A stretch of 32,000 nucleotides of DNA from Trichodesmium erythraeum IMS101 (GCF_000014265.1 NC_008312.1:1890001-1922000), one strand, 5' to 3'; positions 1-11,181 are shown, counted from the first letter of the stretch. Notes: generated by a model not told the origin, from the sequence alone. A program made the numbers and translations.

Positions 1-137
1 CATAAGTCTCTAACTTCTAAAAATATTAACTCACTTAACAAAAAATCAAACCATAGTAAAGTAATTATCTCAATGAGTCACAGCTCCTTCTAAATGCAGG
101 AAAACTCAACCAGTTATCAAAAAAATAACTGGTGAAA

Positions 138-960
138 ATGCTGTTGACTCAACAAAAAGTAATGGAAAAACTACAACTTGAAATTGAGACATTAAAACTT
201 AGTCGAGAAACTGATAGTAAAACTTTTTCTAAACCCCTATCAACAGACTTGCTGAAAAAAATCAGACAAAGCAAAATACTCTAAAGATACTGGAAGCTCT
301 GAGGCAAAAAAGAAACTCCACCGGGGGCAACCAGGTCATCAGAGTAAAATACCTCAAGGATTTCTAAATTGAACAGAATTGAAATCCTAAAACCTTATGT
401 ATGTATGAATTGTAGTCAAACATATTTTTAAGATGAGCCAATTCAAGTAGAAACCCAACAAGTAGCACAACTGGTAGCTAAAACCATAGAAGTACTAGAG
501 TACCAACGTCACAGGTGTCACTCTAAAAGCTGTAGTCAAGAGACATCTGCGGATTACTCTGCTCAGATGATATAATTAACTTGATTTAGGGCTCAAGCTA
601 CAAGCTTTCTTGCCGTAATTAGGTAATTATGGACATTTACCTGAGGAAAAACAACAAGAGATGTTATGGGAGTTGGGAAAAATTAAGATTGGGTTAGAGA
701 CTTTAGTTAATAAACTTCAAAGTTGTAGTTAATAAACTTCAAAAGTTGGAGTCAGCAATAAAACCTTATTTAGAACAATTATCAAATTGGGTAAAAACTG
801 AACAACCAGCAATTCATATAGATGAAACGCCTTCGCTACTCAAAGGAATTAAGTAGTGACTATCGGTATTTACAAATAAAGATTTCTGTCTATTTAGAGC
901 AACAGACACTAGAACCTATCCCACTAATAAAATGCAATGAATCCAAATTGTATAGTGGCG
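138..960 (+). pseudogene. IS66-family transposase relic (several stops/frameshifts, 3' truncated; right boundary uncertain)
   Basis: Translated fragments carry IS66 hallmarks. These are SKTFSKPLSTD, HRGQPGHQSK at about 319-348 (GGQPGHxG-type motif), a CxxC stretch VCMNCSQ, and IDETPSLLKG at about 818-847 (DETP motif). The frames are broken repeatedly. It contains a 22/23-bp tandem duplication, tagttaataaacttcaaa(a)gttg, at 704-748. Confidence 0.55.
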
Positions 961-1800
961 GGCGCTACAATTGCTTCAATACAAGCAGAAATACCCTCCT
1001 ATCCTACAACTAGGCGACGATATTTACCTTGATCCCAGGCAAAACAACCCTCTTGTTGAAAACGAGACACAGAAACTTTGATTGCACTTCCTGGTTTCTT
1101 TTTCCTTTTCCCAAGTCGTTTGGGCATTTGAGGTTTAATCCCTCTTTGATACCTTGCTTGTCTTTGTCGTTGCATCATATCCTTTATCAGTAGCAATGAC
1201 TTGAAAGCCCTTACGTGGCCGTCCTCTTTTGTAAGTTTTCAGACTAGTACTATCAATTTAGCAGAATTAGCTGTTCTCTTTCATTGCCATTAACAGGGGT
1301 AATATAGTTAACTACTGGTTATCCATTTCCTTGGCTCAAGGTATGAATTAAAATCTCCTTCCCTTTACGGCCGTAAGCTATATCCTCTCCTTCACCCTGA
1401 CCAGGAAGAAAAAGCTTCATCTACAGCTGTGTAGCTCCAATTGATTAGTCCTTGGTTGTTTGCAATTTCTAAAATTCGTCTTTGTAGATGTTTGAGAGTT
1501 CCATCTTCTTCCCAATGCTTCAGGCATCTGTGTGCTGAACTCTTGGAAGCCCTAATCTCTCAAGCTGTTACATCCCACATTTTGTGCTTCATTATGTAGC
1601 ACTAAAAGATACATGAATCATCATCAGAATTTAAGCCAACAAATTAAACATATTAATTCTATAGAACACAAAAAAATCAGTGGCATGAGTATTGTTTGCA
1701 AACCAGAGATTTCTTTTAGCAGGAGAAAGTACAGGAGCAACTATACTCCTATTGATAGCATCAATTAATTTTTGTAACCATTCAAAATGATTCAAGTGGT
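940..1800 (-). pseudogene. IS5-family (IS427/IS1031-like) transposase relic
   Basis: Minus-strand fragments include SAHRCLKHWEEDGTLKHLQRRILEIANNQGLINWSYTAVDEAF and the tracked ORF 999-1196, which ends VSVSRFQQEGCFAWDQGKYRRLVVG. That end matches the RWxVERxFxWLxxxRRL tail typical of IS5-group DDE transposases. There are many internal stops. The junction with the IS66 relic around 940-1013 is ambiguous. Confidence 0.45.
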
Positions 1801-2034
1801 GTGAACATATGCGTTAGTGTGCGATCGCTTATTATTAAAATCACAGATAATATTTTTGATAACAAGAGGGTAAAAACTCTAAAATCAAGCTCCTTTTTTA
1901 TGTGAGATTAACTACTTTTTGTAATTGATTAATTATTAACAAATTTACTCATTGAAAATATTAAAATATCCATCTTAATATCGGAGTATTTATCAACTTT
2001 CTTAACTAGTTTTTCACTTCACTATTGTTTTTTT

Positions 2035-2303
2035 TTAAGTCTTTCTCAGCTCTTTTTTACCAAAATTATACAATAATAAACACAGTAACATAATAAACAG
2101 TATTGTTTCTACTATTTCTGGTTTTTTGACAAAAAAACTATCGGCAAAAAATAGTTGAGCTTTGAGAACTCTGAAACCACGTTCACAACTCTGTTGGTTT
2201 TTATAATTCCAGAGTATTTCTGGGCTTTGAACTTCTGAATACGACATGGAGTATGAGGTATACCTTTACATTCTTTCTGGTGAAATAGGAAAAATATCTT
2301 CAA
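2035..2303 (-). pseudogene. C-terminal fragment of an IS4/IS1634-like transposase
   Basis: Tracked ORF 2035-2247 reads WNYKNQQSCERGFRVLKAQLFFADSFFVKKPEIVETILFIMLLCLLLYN. This follows the YKxQxxVERGFRFLKDPxFFxxxxFxKKPERI pattern of the C-terminus of IS1634/IS4-type transposases. No upstream catalytic part is present. Confidence 0.4.
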
Positions 2304-2519
2304 ATAACTTCCATTCTATATCACTTAATCCTTCAAATATACCTGGTATCTTCTTTTAATTACCTATACTGAGTAACGCTTATCATAGCGTCACCATTTT
2401 ACTATATTTTACTATTAGTAGGATAGATTTATGATGTTGCTTTCCCTGTAACTTGAACGATCTTAGAAAATATTGGGAAATCAAAAACTTGTGAAAGAAT
2501 AGATTTGTTAGCTCAATTC

Positions 2520-3152
2520 TGAGATACTTTTCCCGATGCTCAAGAATTGTATCTTTGTAGTGATAGATAGTTTATCCCTCAAGAGTGGTTAACTTACTTA
2601 GGAATTGAACCTCAAATTCCTTTCCCCCTGAAGTAAAAAGCAGATCATAATATTGGTGATTACTCAAAAAGTTTAGCCACATCAATTATCTTTCCTAACC
2701 TTCAAATTGGGGAATATAAAACTATTTTAGGAAAACGATGGGTTTGGTGCAAACAAGTGTATTTTTCAGCTTTACGTTCAGATGATGGAGAATTACTAAT
2801 TGTGATTAGCAATAATTCAGCTTTCACAGCGCTCGCATTTTATGCTAATTGATAGGGGTGTGAAATACTCTTCGGGATGTTTAAAACCAGAAAATTAAAT
2901 TTGGAATCAACTCATCTAAATCAACTTAAAAGACTGAGTAAATTATTGGCGTTAATAAGTTGGGCTCTATGTTGGACAATTTTAATCGGGGAATGATTAC
3001 ATAAACAAAGACCCTTGAAAATCAAAAAATACGGTCCTAGGGCAAAAAGTATTTTTCGTTATGGACTGGATCATTTACCGGCGATAGTTCTTGACATTGA
3101 TTTAAAACAAAATGAATTTATTAATTGTTTAAATTTTTTGTCTTGTACCTAG
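2520..3152 (+). pseudogene. IS4-family DDE transposase relic (C-terminal two thirds, with stops)
   Basis: The translation reads LYLCSDR*FIPQEWLTYLGIEPQIPF ... DDGELLIVISNN ... *GCEILFGMFKTRKLNLESTHLNQLKRLSKLLALISWALCWTILIGE*LHKQRPLKIKKYGPRAKSIFRYGLDHL, ending at TAG 3150-3152. The RWxIExLFGxxKTRGFxLExTH block is characteristic of IS4-type enzymes. In-frame stops are present. Confidence 0.5.
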
Positions 3153-3457
3153 AATAAAAACATCTAAATGTCAAGCATAAAGATTTAAAATATGTTGATT
3201 ATTATCAATCTTTTACAATTACTCAGACTAACTATACTATAACAAATTTAGCACTATCCAAATCGAAAATATTAACCATGATAGAATCAACCATTATTTA
3301 AGATGTGAATCTTTAAATTAACAATCTTTATAATGAAATATTAAAGTATAAATTTTCCCAAATACATCCACGTATCTAGTTTTTTATCACACAGTAATTT
3401 GCAAAAAGTATGGATATAACATTGAACTTAGACGACGACAATATAACGCCAGGGTAT

Positions 3458-4407
3458 ATATAGTCATTTAACTTAAGAGTGAGACATTAAAATCCACAAT
3501 AATCACAGATTATTTCATCTAAGTCTGTATTTGAAAGAGCATACATTATGGCTCTCTTTAAGGCACTAAAATCATGTTCAATATCCTTCAAGTCAGGAAA
3601 ATAATTAGGCATAAATATGACCTAAAGAGCTCCATATTCAAGTATTTATTTAATCACTATTTTTTGATGAATTGGTGCATGATTTATAATCCAAACTGAT
3701 GTAATTTTCAATGATGGCAATCAACATATTCATAACCAGCCTTCCCAGTTTTCTACATTCAAACTTCCTATGAATATCATTGATGGAATTAAATCTTTTT
3801 TTCCTTTTTTTATACCAGGAACTAAGTTTTCTCTTTTTCCCCTTTTTCCTTGCCTATCTCCAGAAAATTTTCCCCTCTTTTTGACCACAAATAAAGACAA
3901 TTTAGAAATTATTCAAATCCTGAATCCAAAAGAAATACTAAACTTTTAATCCCATATATTTTGATTAATTTCCATAAATCCTGATAAGATTTTATCCATT
4001 ATTATCTACTTCTTTGCACCATAACATAGTTCTTTTTTTTCTGGTTATTTTCATTTTTTTGATAGACTTAAAAATTGCATTTGTACTTACACCGTAATTT
4101 TTTAGCTGTGTACTTTAATCTAGCTTCTGGATTTTCTGATTAATCTATTGACAATTCTCTTATATCTAGGGAACGCTAGAGATATTTTACCTTTGTTGCT
4201 ACCAGTTCCTTTCTCTCAAGCCATCTGTAGATTGACCCTATTCCTATTCCAAAAACTTGCGCCGCTTTGCTGACTCTAACACCATTTTCTATTATTACTA
4301 TTACTTTTTATCTTCAATCTAAACTATAAGCCATGATTTCTATTCCCATACTTTCTCTGTTCAATCTTATACTCTTTTTATTTCATTCTTAAGTTAAATG
4401 ACTATAT
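3458..4407 (-). mobile_element. IS630/Tc1-mariner-family element, degenerate, with intact terminal inverted repeats
   Basis: A 21-bp perfect inverted repeat, atatagtcatttaacttaaga, lies at 3458-3478, with its reverse complement at 4387-4407. TA dinucleotides sit at both outer edges, as expected for IS630 TA target duplication. The minus-strand frame starting at ATG 4334 reads MAYSLD*R*KVIVIIENGVRVSKAAQVFGIGIGSIYRWLERKEL (an IS630-type HTH N-terminus) and then decays into many stops. Confidence 0.6.
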
Positions 4408-6808
4408 CCTTAACCTGAATTATTCATGAACAAAAAAACTAAAGGAAAAAAATAAAAATAAACATATTGATTAACGGTCGATAATCAAAATTAGTCAAAT
4501 AACTTAAAATAACTTAAAAAAAAACTTAAAAATTTACAGTTATTTTTCTCAAAAAAACCCTAAAAACCTCAAAAATTTTCTTTTTAATTCTTTAATTATA
4601 TGCTCCAAATTTGTAGTTATTTGAGCATAAAAACTATCATAAATTTATTGTTTTTTTTATCTCCATGTTTATGACTAAAAATTGAGAATTTATAATTTTC
4701 TATAGCCCATCTAATTTTATCAATACTTGATGAGGGTTATTCCAACTTTTTTATCAGCAATAAATATCATCAAATAAATGAAATTTTTGATTAGTTTGAT
4801 AATAATTTAATCTGGCTTTATCTAATAAATAATTAATTTTATTCTGAACACTGCATTACTACTAAATCCAAAAACATATTGTACATTTTGATCTTCACAC
4901 ACTTTAATTATTTCTGGTAAAGAAAAGTATCGATCTCCTCTTAAAATAATCGAAACATTTTTTCATGCTTTTTTTTATTGCCAAAATCACCATCATAAAA
5001 TTCCCTTTATTCCCTTGGCCGAATGAGAAGTTATTCCCCCTTCATTGTAATATTAAAGTAACACCAGTTTTTGCCTCATTAATTCAACAATAAAAATAGA
5101 TTTTTTACCCATCAAAATCATGAAATAAACTTAGTTGTTGATTACCATAATTTACCCCATCGTTTTCATCTATATCTAAGCTAATTTTTTTTGATGCATT
5201 TCTGAATAACTTTCAATAAATGGTAGTCCTGTATATGTAGTGATAAAATTACAGTGAAGCGATCGCTTCATTATAATGATTAATGAAATACCAAATAGCT
5301 CCTAGATGGGACCGAAGCTTTTTAGAAAAGGATAAAGTCTTTCTGACCAACCGAGAAATTCTTTGACGCAAAGTATTATTCAATCTTTCTATATAAGCTG
5401 TTAAACCTGAATATTCCCCACTGATTTATGTCTCTCTTCAGGAAAGACAAGCTCGTAAGCTGACCAAAAATCTGTATAACAAACTGCACACGGCCTTAAG
5501 ACACCGTGGGTTAGAATTCCATAATCTATGCTGCCCCTTTTTCTCCTCTTTCCCCTAAGTAAAAACCCACAATTTCTTTAGTTTCTATATCAATCGCTAA
5601 CCACAGCCATTGTTTATTATTTTTATTGCCTACAAATGACCACATTTCATCACATTGAATGGTGAGTTTACCTGTTTTTTTTTAGTACATTTAATAGAGC
5701 GTGAAACCTCAGCATACTTATTATTGACGTAATTCTGGAGCCATTTTTCTGACACGCCTGTTACACGGGTTATACCAGCTAAACTAATTTTTTCTCTATT
5801 TTAATTTATCAATAAGTTCTTTGGTTTCATTACTAATATAATCTCTTTGACTATTTTCGACAAATTGTCTCTGACAATTTTGACATTGATATTTTTGTTT
5901 TTTGTTGTGAATAGTCCCATTTTTGACAATATGATTACTGCCACAACTAGGACAGATTAATTTATGAATGGACATCTGAATTATATAGATTTTTTCTTAT
6001 TACTGTCATAGATAATAGCATACTTTTTTCATGATAGTTGAGTTTAATTCTTGATAGTTTAATGACTGATTATTATGTAGCGATCGCCTAGATAAAAATT
6101 TTGAATTATTAAGCATAAAAAACTTAATGTTTTCAAGATTGATGTCAATAACTAATCATTTATATTGGCTTATCACTACATATACAGGACCACCCAATAA
6201 ATTTATCAACAAAAAAACATTAACTTTTTAATTTATTGAGATAAAAGTTGATTTTCCCATCTACTCATTGTCTCTTGAGCAGCCAAAAATTATCCTTCAA
6301 TAGTGAGTGTTTTTCAAGAAATAAGCGGCACAATAGAATCGTTGCATAAATAATTCCTATGATTTGATAAATTCTTTGAATCACTAATTATCCCAAAGAA
6401 TGTTTAACTTGATTAACTTCTATTTTTTGATCTAAACAATCAGCAAATTTTTGACAAAATTTCAGATTTTTTCCCTTTATTTAACCACTAATAAACCAGC
6501 ATCTTAACTGAAATAAAGGGAGTAAAACTTAAAATCCAATTTTTTAGTAACGGGAAAATTAAAAGGTAATTTCTGACTAAATAAATTCATTTATGTACAA
6601 TTCAAAATATCATTAAATAATCAATATTTAACGATAATATTATAACTTATTAATAAATAAAAAAATCAGAAATTAATTGTTTTTACTAATATTTATTCCA
6701 GGGGAGACAAAAAATACAAACTGCTGGGACTGTGAATTATCTACAAGTAACACTGAATATATGTTTTGAGCTTATTTTCCATTTTCTCATGAATAATTCA
6801 AGTTAAAG
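4408..6808 (-). mobile_element. IS1380-family-like element relic, split by an IS1 insertion
   Basis: Imperfect terminal inverted repeats (20/23) are ccttaacctgaattattcatgaa at 4408-4430 and tcatgaataattcaagttaaag at 6787-6808. Minus-strand fragments include LDIDENDGVNYGNQQLSLFH (about 5125-5185) and YDSFYAQITTNLEHIIKELK. These match the LDIDSTDDPTHGxQQLSxF and YCxRGxMENxIKExK blocks of IS1380-type transposases. There are many stops. Confidence 0.5.
5222..6194 (-). mobile_element. IS1-family element with 25-bp IRs and 8-bp target-site duplication; transposase frames broken
   Basis: The IR ggtagtcctgtatatgtagtgataa lies at 5222-5246, and its reverse complement at 6170-6194 has 1 mismatch. The direct repeat caataaat lies immediately outside both ends (5214-5221 and 6195-6202). 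The minus strand encodes MSIHKLICPSCGSNHIVKNGTIHNKKQKYQCQNCQRQF (InsA-like zinc finger), then IQCDEMWSFVGNKNNKQWLWLAIDIETKEIVGFYLGER, CYTDFWSAYELVFPEERHKSVG and GLTAYIERLNNTLRQRISRLVRKTLSFSKKL. These lie in three different frames, which is more breaks than the single programmed frameshift of IS1. Confidence 0.75.
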
Positions 6809-7010
6809 CTGGTTAAGCTATCTGGCACTTCATCCATCATTACAATGCCTTATTGTCTAAAGCCTTATCCTTTCCCTTTTAAGACTACCTGTTTTGACGT
6901 CCATTTTTATTGAACTTGAAAAATCTTATAGTTTTACATTTTCTTTTGCCTATAGTTCACTTAAAAAGATTTGTCAGGGCGAACAGCCACAAAATTCAAG
7001 GCTCCTAAGA

Positions 7011-7250
7011 TTTGATATCTTCCTTGGCCTATAATGCTATGATATTACCACTACGCTGAAACTTCGATGGGGGTTAACTTTTCTTACCCTAATGTAATTC
7101 AAGTCCTGATCGAGAAACTTGATACTAGTCAAACCCCTTGCGTGGTAACTCCGTTCTTTGTATCGGACTGCCCACCCGTGAATAACTAACAAATAATTAG
7201 GGTTTGCTGAATAAATCTAAAAAACTTACACAATAATGATTTTAGGTATT
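7011..7250 (+). repeat. Dispersed intergenic repeat family, copy A
   Basis: 5' block: tttgatatcttccttggcc. Mid block: gagaaacttgatactagtcaaacccctt. GC block: gtatcggactgcccacccgtgaataactaac. Tail: aaatctaaaaaactta...gattttaggtattttt. These are collinear with copies B, C, D and F. Confidence 0.55.
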
Positions 7251-7756
7251 TTTCATCAGAAATAGTATCTAATTTTCAGCTAGAATAAACCTCTATAATA
7301 CATACAGCATGTAAAGAAAAGTAGGCCAACGTGACACTCCACCAGAAAATTTTTAACTACCATTCAATGGCCAGTTATCCCCAGAAAATCCTTGGGTAGT
7401 GATGGCTATTTTAATTCCTTGGAAGAAATATGAAGATGTATATGCAATCTTTTTCTCCACCATAAATAGGAGCACTTAAATTAAATTTAAGAATAGAATT
7501 AAGGGCGTTAATTATTAAATAAAAATTAGGTATAAGGGGTAGAGAAAAAGTATAACAAATTAAGTGAAACCACTATTTATAAGAGTTTATTGGTCTAAAA
7601 ACCTATAACAACCAAGATAATTTTTCTGCTTCAATATTGGTTCATTTTATAGAGAAAATAGGTGCATATTTAATCAATAAAATTAATTTAGATGTGGTGA
7701 AAATCAGAGTAAAACTCAGGAATATGAAACAAAAAAAAGAACCTTATTAGAAGATA

Positions 7757-9140
7757 TTAACGGGACTTTAGTGAAAAAATAGTAAAAAAAAGGGTATAAT
7801 GTATACCTGATATGTATTTTACGTTAATTACTGGCCTGGGAAAAGTTTGATGAAAGAAACAACTTCAGTGGCCATGCCCTCTTGTTTCCATCGATGGTGC
7901 GATCGCTTTAACAATGTCTTTAAAACAAAAGCCCAAAAAACAGGGTTTAGGGAATATATAGGAGGATTACTCTTGAGAAAGCGATCGAAAAAACTTGTCT
8001 CAAATTGCCAACAACACTGTAGGTCACACGTACCACAAATTACGGCATTTTCTAGTTCGAGCAAATTGGTCTGTAGATGCTGTGAATGAGCGTCGTCTTC
8101 AAGTAATGTGGGAACGTCGCCAAACAAAACCTTCTCGATCCTATTGCTTTAATTATAGACGATTCAGGCCACAGAAAAAGTGGTAATTTTACTGCAGGAG
8201 TAGGGCGGCAATATATAGGAGAAATAGGAAAAACAGATAATGGTGTAGTCGTGGTGACAACTCATCTTTATGATGGAGTTAAAAGTCTACCTTTAGACAT
8301 AGCTTTGTATCAGAAAGCTGATTCTTTTCCAAAAGGAAAAAAAGACCCAGAATTTGTCAAGAAACCAGACGAGTGCAATGTCTCTAGTAGATCAATGTTT
8401 GTCCAGAGGACACCAACCAGAAATTGTGTTAATTGAAATTTGGCTATGGTAACAATACATCATTCTTAAATCAACTAGAGAAAAGAAGTTTAACTTATAT
8501 AGGAGGATTAGCTAAAAATCGAAAAGTCATCATTAAAAAACAAGATGACATTAAAGAGGAAATTAGATTAGACAAGCTGGCAGAAAGTATACCTCAGAAA
8601 GCTTTCAACTTAGTTCAACTAAGTACAAAAAATGCTAGAGAAGTTTGGGTAGCTACATTAGAAGTAGAAATATCTAGGATGTCAGGTCAAAAAACTATAG
8701 CTATCGTTATGAATGCTAAAAGTTTTTCTGAGGCCACTGATATTAACTATTATATCACTAATAGAGAAGACAAATATGTAACTCCTGAGTGGATATATTC
8801 TACTTATTCTCAAAGAAATTGGGTGGAAGTTTTCTACAGGGAAGCCAAAGGATGGTTAGGATTAAGAGAATATCAAGTCAGAGATAAAATCAGCCTTAAA
8901 AGGCATTTTATTTTAGTATTTTGTGCTTATACATTTATTATCTGGCATCAGTTAACAGGAGGTATAAGAAGGCGTTGGGCTAACAAACCATTAAATACGT
9001 TTACTGATACTTTAGAAGCATTTCGTACCGCAATATCTTATCGTTTTGTTGAGTGGTTAGATGAAAACATCGACGTATTTACCGCTCATAAAGAGAGTTT
9101 AGGGTTTGTTTGGGCTTGAAATTTGCTAAAGTCCCGTTAA
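7757..9140 (+). mobile_element. IS701-family-like element with 15-bp perfect terminal inverted repeats
   Basis: ttaacgggactttag at 7757-7771 and ctaaagtcccgttaa at 9126-9140 are exact reverse complements. The outer TTAA could instead be a 4-bp palindromic target duplication. The repeats enclose the frameshifted transposase at 7847-9119. Confidence 0.7.
7847..9119 (+). pseudogene. IS701-family DDE transposase, at least three frameshifts
   Basis: Four consecutive ORF pieces lie in frames 2, 0, 1 and 0 (7847-8089, 7995-8186, about 8149-8436, 8433-9119). Motifs include FREYIGGLLL, HKLRHFLVRANWSVDAVNERRLQVM, LIIDDSGHRKSGNFTAGVGRQYIGEIGKTDNGVVVVTTHLYDG and YSQRNWVEVFYREAKGWLGLREYQVRD. This order is typical of IS701-group enzymes. 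Confidence 0.75.
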
Positions 9141-10226
9141 GGAGTTCAAAAATCAAGGTAAATTAATTTAAGGTAAATTAATTTAAGATGGCACCTGCGC
9201 TCCCAACTATCCGAAAGACTTAAACCTATTAAATCATGGCATAATTGAAACCTAAATCATCTAAGATATTCTCTTAAAATGCTGTGAAAATCAGTTTCAC
9301 AAAAAAATCATTACTCACCGTCAAACAGCAAAAAAAAGAATATTTAAAGGTAGGTAAAAAAAGACGAATAACTACTAAAGCTATCAGGAAAGCCATCAAA
9401 AAATAACTGAAATATGTAAGTAAAAACTTAAGCACCCAAAAGGCTGTTAATTGAGAATGGTGTCCGTCATGAAAGTTTGAGTATTAGAAAATATAAAACA
9501 TTGTTGGATTTCTGTGAAATTTAGCGTCAACAATAATTGATGTGGGATAGCAAAGAACAACGAATAGATGGTATAATAATATGTTGAAATCAACCTGATA
9601 TGCGTCTAATAGTAAGAGTAAAAGGGGGAAAAGTACAGAATTTGGAGCCAAAATATCTGCAAGTTATATGGATAGATATATATTTTTACATAGAATAAGT
9701 TAGGAAAACTATAACGAATCTTGAGATTTAAAGGCTTAAGTTGAAAAGTGGAAAAACTATATAGGTTATTACCCAGAGTCAGTTCATGCAGACCAAATTT
9801 AGCTAACATGAGAAAACCGAAAATCATGTAAAAATAAAGGTATTAGAATCAGTGTTTCATTACGGAATATCACCCAAAAATTTTGATAAAGAACAGAAAA
9901 ACAAGCTCAGGAGTGATGAAATATTAGGTCACCATATTGAAGGTAAATTTGCCCAGCAGCAAAAGAGGAGTCATAAGAAAGTAATAGCTAAACTTTCTAA
10001 AACTTCTACAACTGCAATCGCAATTACTTTTTTTACTTTCTTAGTAATCAACCTTTCTACTCTCTTAAAAGAGGCTTTTTCTCTTTTTTGATATTTTTTG
10101 TCTGGGTCTTTTTAATAATTTCAACTTATAGTTGAATAAATGATGATAATTTTTGATAATCATCAATTTTTTTTGAATAATAAATCAACTATTTTCATAC
10201 TTTTTCAGAAAACCCTAATTTAGAAC

Positions 10227-10300
10227 AACATATGTATTCAAAAAAAACAAATGAAAACTGAGTCTAGAGCCGCAAGGCTTTAGACTCTATTTCTTGGTAA
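10227..10300 (+). repeat. Isolated tail module of the dispersed repeat family (copy G), with a 12-bp GCAA-tetraloop hairpin
   Basis: aacatatgtattcaaaaaaaacaa at 10227-10250 recurs at 23773-23796 and, on the minus strand, at about 16800-16825. It is followed by the hairpin gagtctagagcc-gcaa-ggctttagactc at 10260-10287 (12 bp, one G:U), then tatttctt. Confidence 0.5.
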
Positions 10301-10404
10301 CTATTTACTTACAAGTCAATTATCATATAATTCTTAACTATCAGGTCTTAGTATAAAAATAGAAGTACTAAATATCCCTATATCAAGAATCTAATAATTT
10401 TAAA

Positions 10405-10476
10405 CTCCCCGGGCAGGATTCGAACCTGCGACCAATCGGTTAACAGCCGACCGCTCTACCGCTGAGCTACCGAGGA
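10405..10476 (-). tRNA. trnN: tRNA-Asn (anticodon GTT), CCA not encoded
   Basis: The reverse complement is TCCTCGGTAGCTCAGCGGTAGAGCGGTCGGCTGTTAACCGATTGGTCGCAGGTTCGAATCCTGCCCGGGGAG. It has a 7-bp acceptor stem (one G:U) and a D loop AGCTCAGCGGTAGAGC. The anticodon stem is GTCGG/CCGAT with loop CTGTTAA. The T arm is GCAGG-TTCGAAT-CCTGC and the discriminator is G. Confidence 0.92.
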
Positions 10477-10635
10477 ACGAATGTTTAATCACTTATTCCT
10501 AAGTACCGATGATTTATTATAATCTTAATTCAAGAGATTTGACAACTCCTTTTCTATATTTTTTTATTATATTTAACATTAAAGAAATTTATAAATTGGA
10601 ATTGAGTTCTATAAAACTATGTTGTACGATAACAA

Positions 10636-11181
10636 TCATTTTTCCATTCTCAATTCAGCTAAACGCTTTTGAGATTCTGGATCTAAGTAACTAGCCAGAA
10701 AACGACCTGATGCCCTTTTATTTCGTTGACATCTACTCCGAACACAATTCGCTGCACTTTCAACATCATGGGCCAGCTGTTGGGAAGACATCCATTCGGC
10801 ACCATAACCAATCACAGTAAGCCTTTGCACTCTATCTGAAGTAGCTACAATTAACCTACTTCTAGACAAATGGACTTCAGTACGAAGACTAGCACAAGCT
10901 TTCTCTATATATGTGTCTGCTGTTTGACCAAATTCTGTATAATGAACCGATAACTTATCAGTAATAATTTCTTTTGTAGTAGGAGTATATTGATATTGAG
11001 AATCAAATACTATCTGAGTATTTAAGTCCTGACTAGCACTGTAATTTACCAAAGCCTCAATCAAATCTCTTCTGGCTGTTTCTAAGCCATGAAAATTGCA
11101 AATTTCTCGGAGACGAGACCATAAACCAATGACATTATAGCCATCTACAAGCAGAATAGTTTGTCTTAAAGGGCGTGACAT
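10636..11181 (-). CDS. NYN-domain ribonuclease, Rae1/YacP-like
   Basis: This 181-aa ORF contains ILLVDGYNVIGLW, IVFDSQ, VHYTEFGQTADTYIEKA and IVATSDRVQRLTVIGYGAEWMSSQQL. These are collinear with B. subtilis YacP/Rae1 (ILLVDGYNMIGAW ... VVFDA ... TADERIEK ... VATSD). Confidence 0.8.
   Translation of the reverse strand: MSRPLRQTILLVDGYNVIGLWSRLREICNFHGLETARRDLIEALVNYSASQDLNTQIVFDSQYQYTPTTKEIITDKLSVHYTEFGQTADTYIEKACASLRTEVHLSRSRLIVATSDRVQRLTVIGYGAEWMSSQQLAHDVESAANCVRSRCQRNKRASGRFLASYLDPESQKRLAELRMEK

Larger units (their letters stand above)
7322..10095 (+). pseudogene. IS5/IS1182-like (DUF772-type N-terminus) transposase relic, split by an IS701-like insertion
   Basis: The left part reads LSPENPWVVMAILIPWKKYEDVYAIFF ... 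VKPLFIRVYWSKNL-type fragments. The right part resumes after 9140 with LI*DGTCAPNYPKDLNLLNHG (the DATCAPxDIxYPTDLxLLN block). It ends with tracked ORF 9852-10091, GHHIEGKFAQQQKRSHKKVIAKLSKTSTTAIAITFFTFLVINL (the IEGKFGQxKRxxGLxxIxAKLxxTSExxIAxxFLVxNL tail). Stops are numerous. Confidence 0.5.

Noticed and set aside
9606-10694. Tracked ORFs 9606-9827 (-) and 10509-10694 (+), plus 21263-21460 (-), 21751-21960 (-) and 7828-8127 (-) elsewhere in the window.
   Set aside because: They are either antisense to recognisable transposase relics or genes (porin, NYN RNase, IS701 transposase), or lie in AT-rich spacer with Ile/Phe/Asn/Lys-biased translations and no start context. I judge them spurious.
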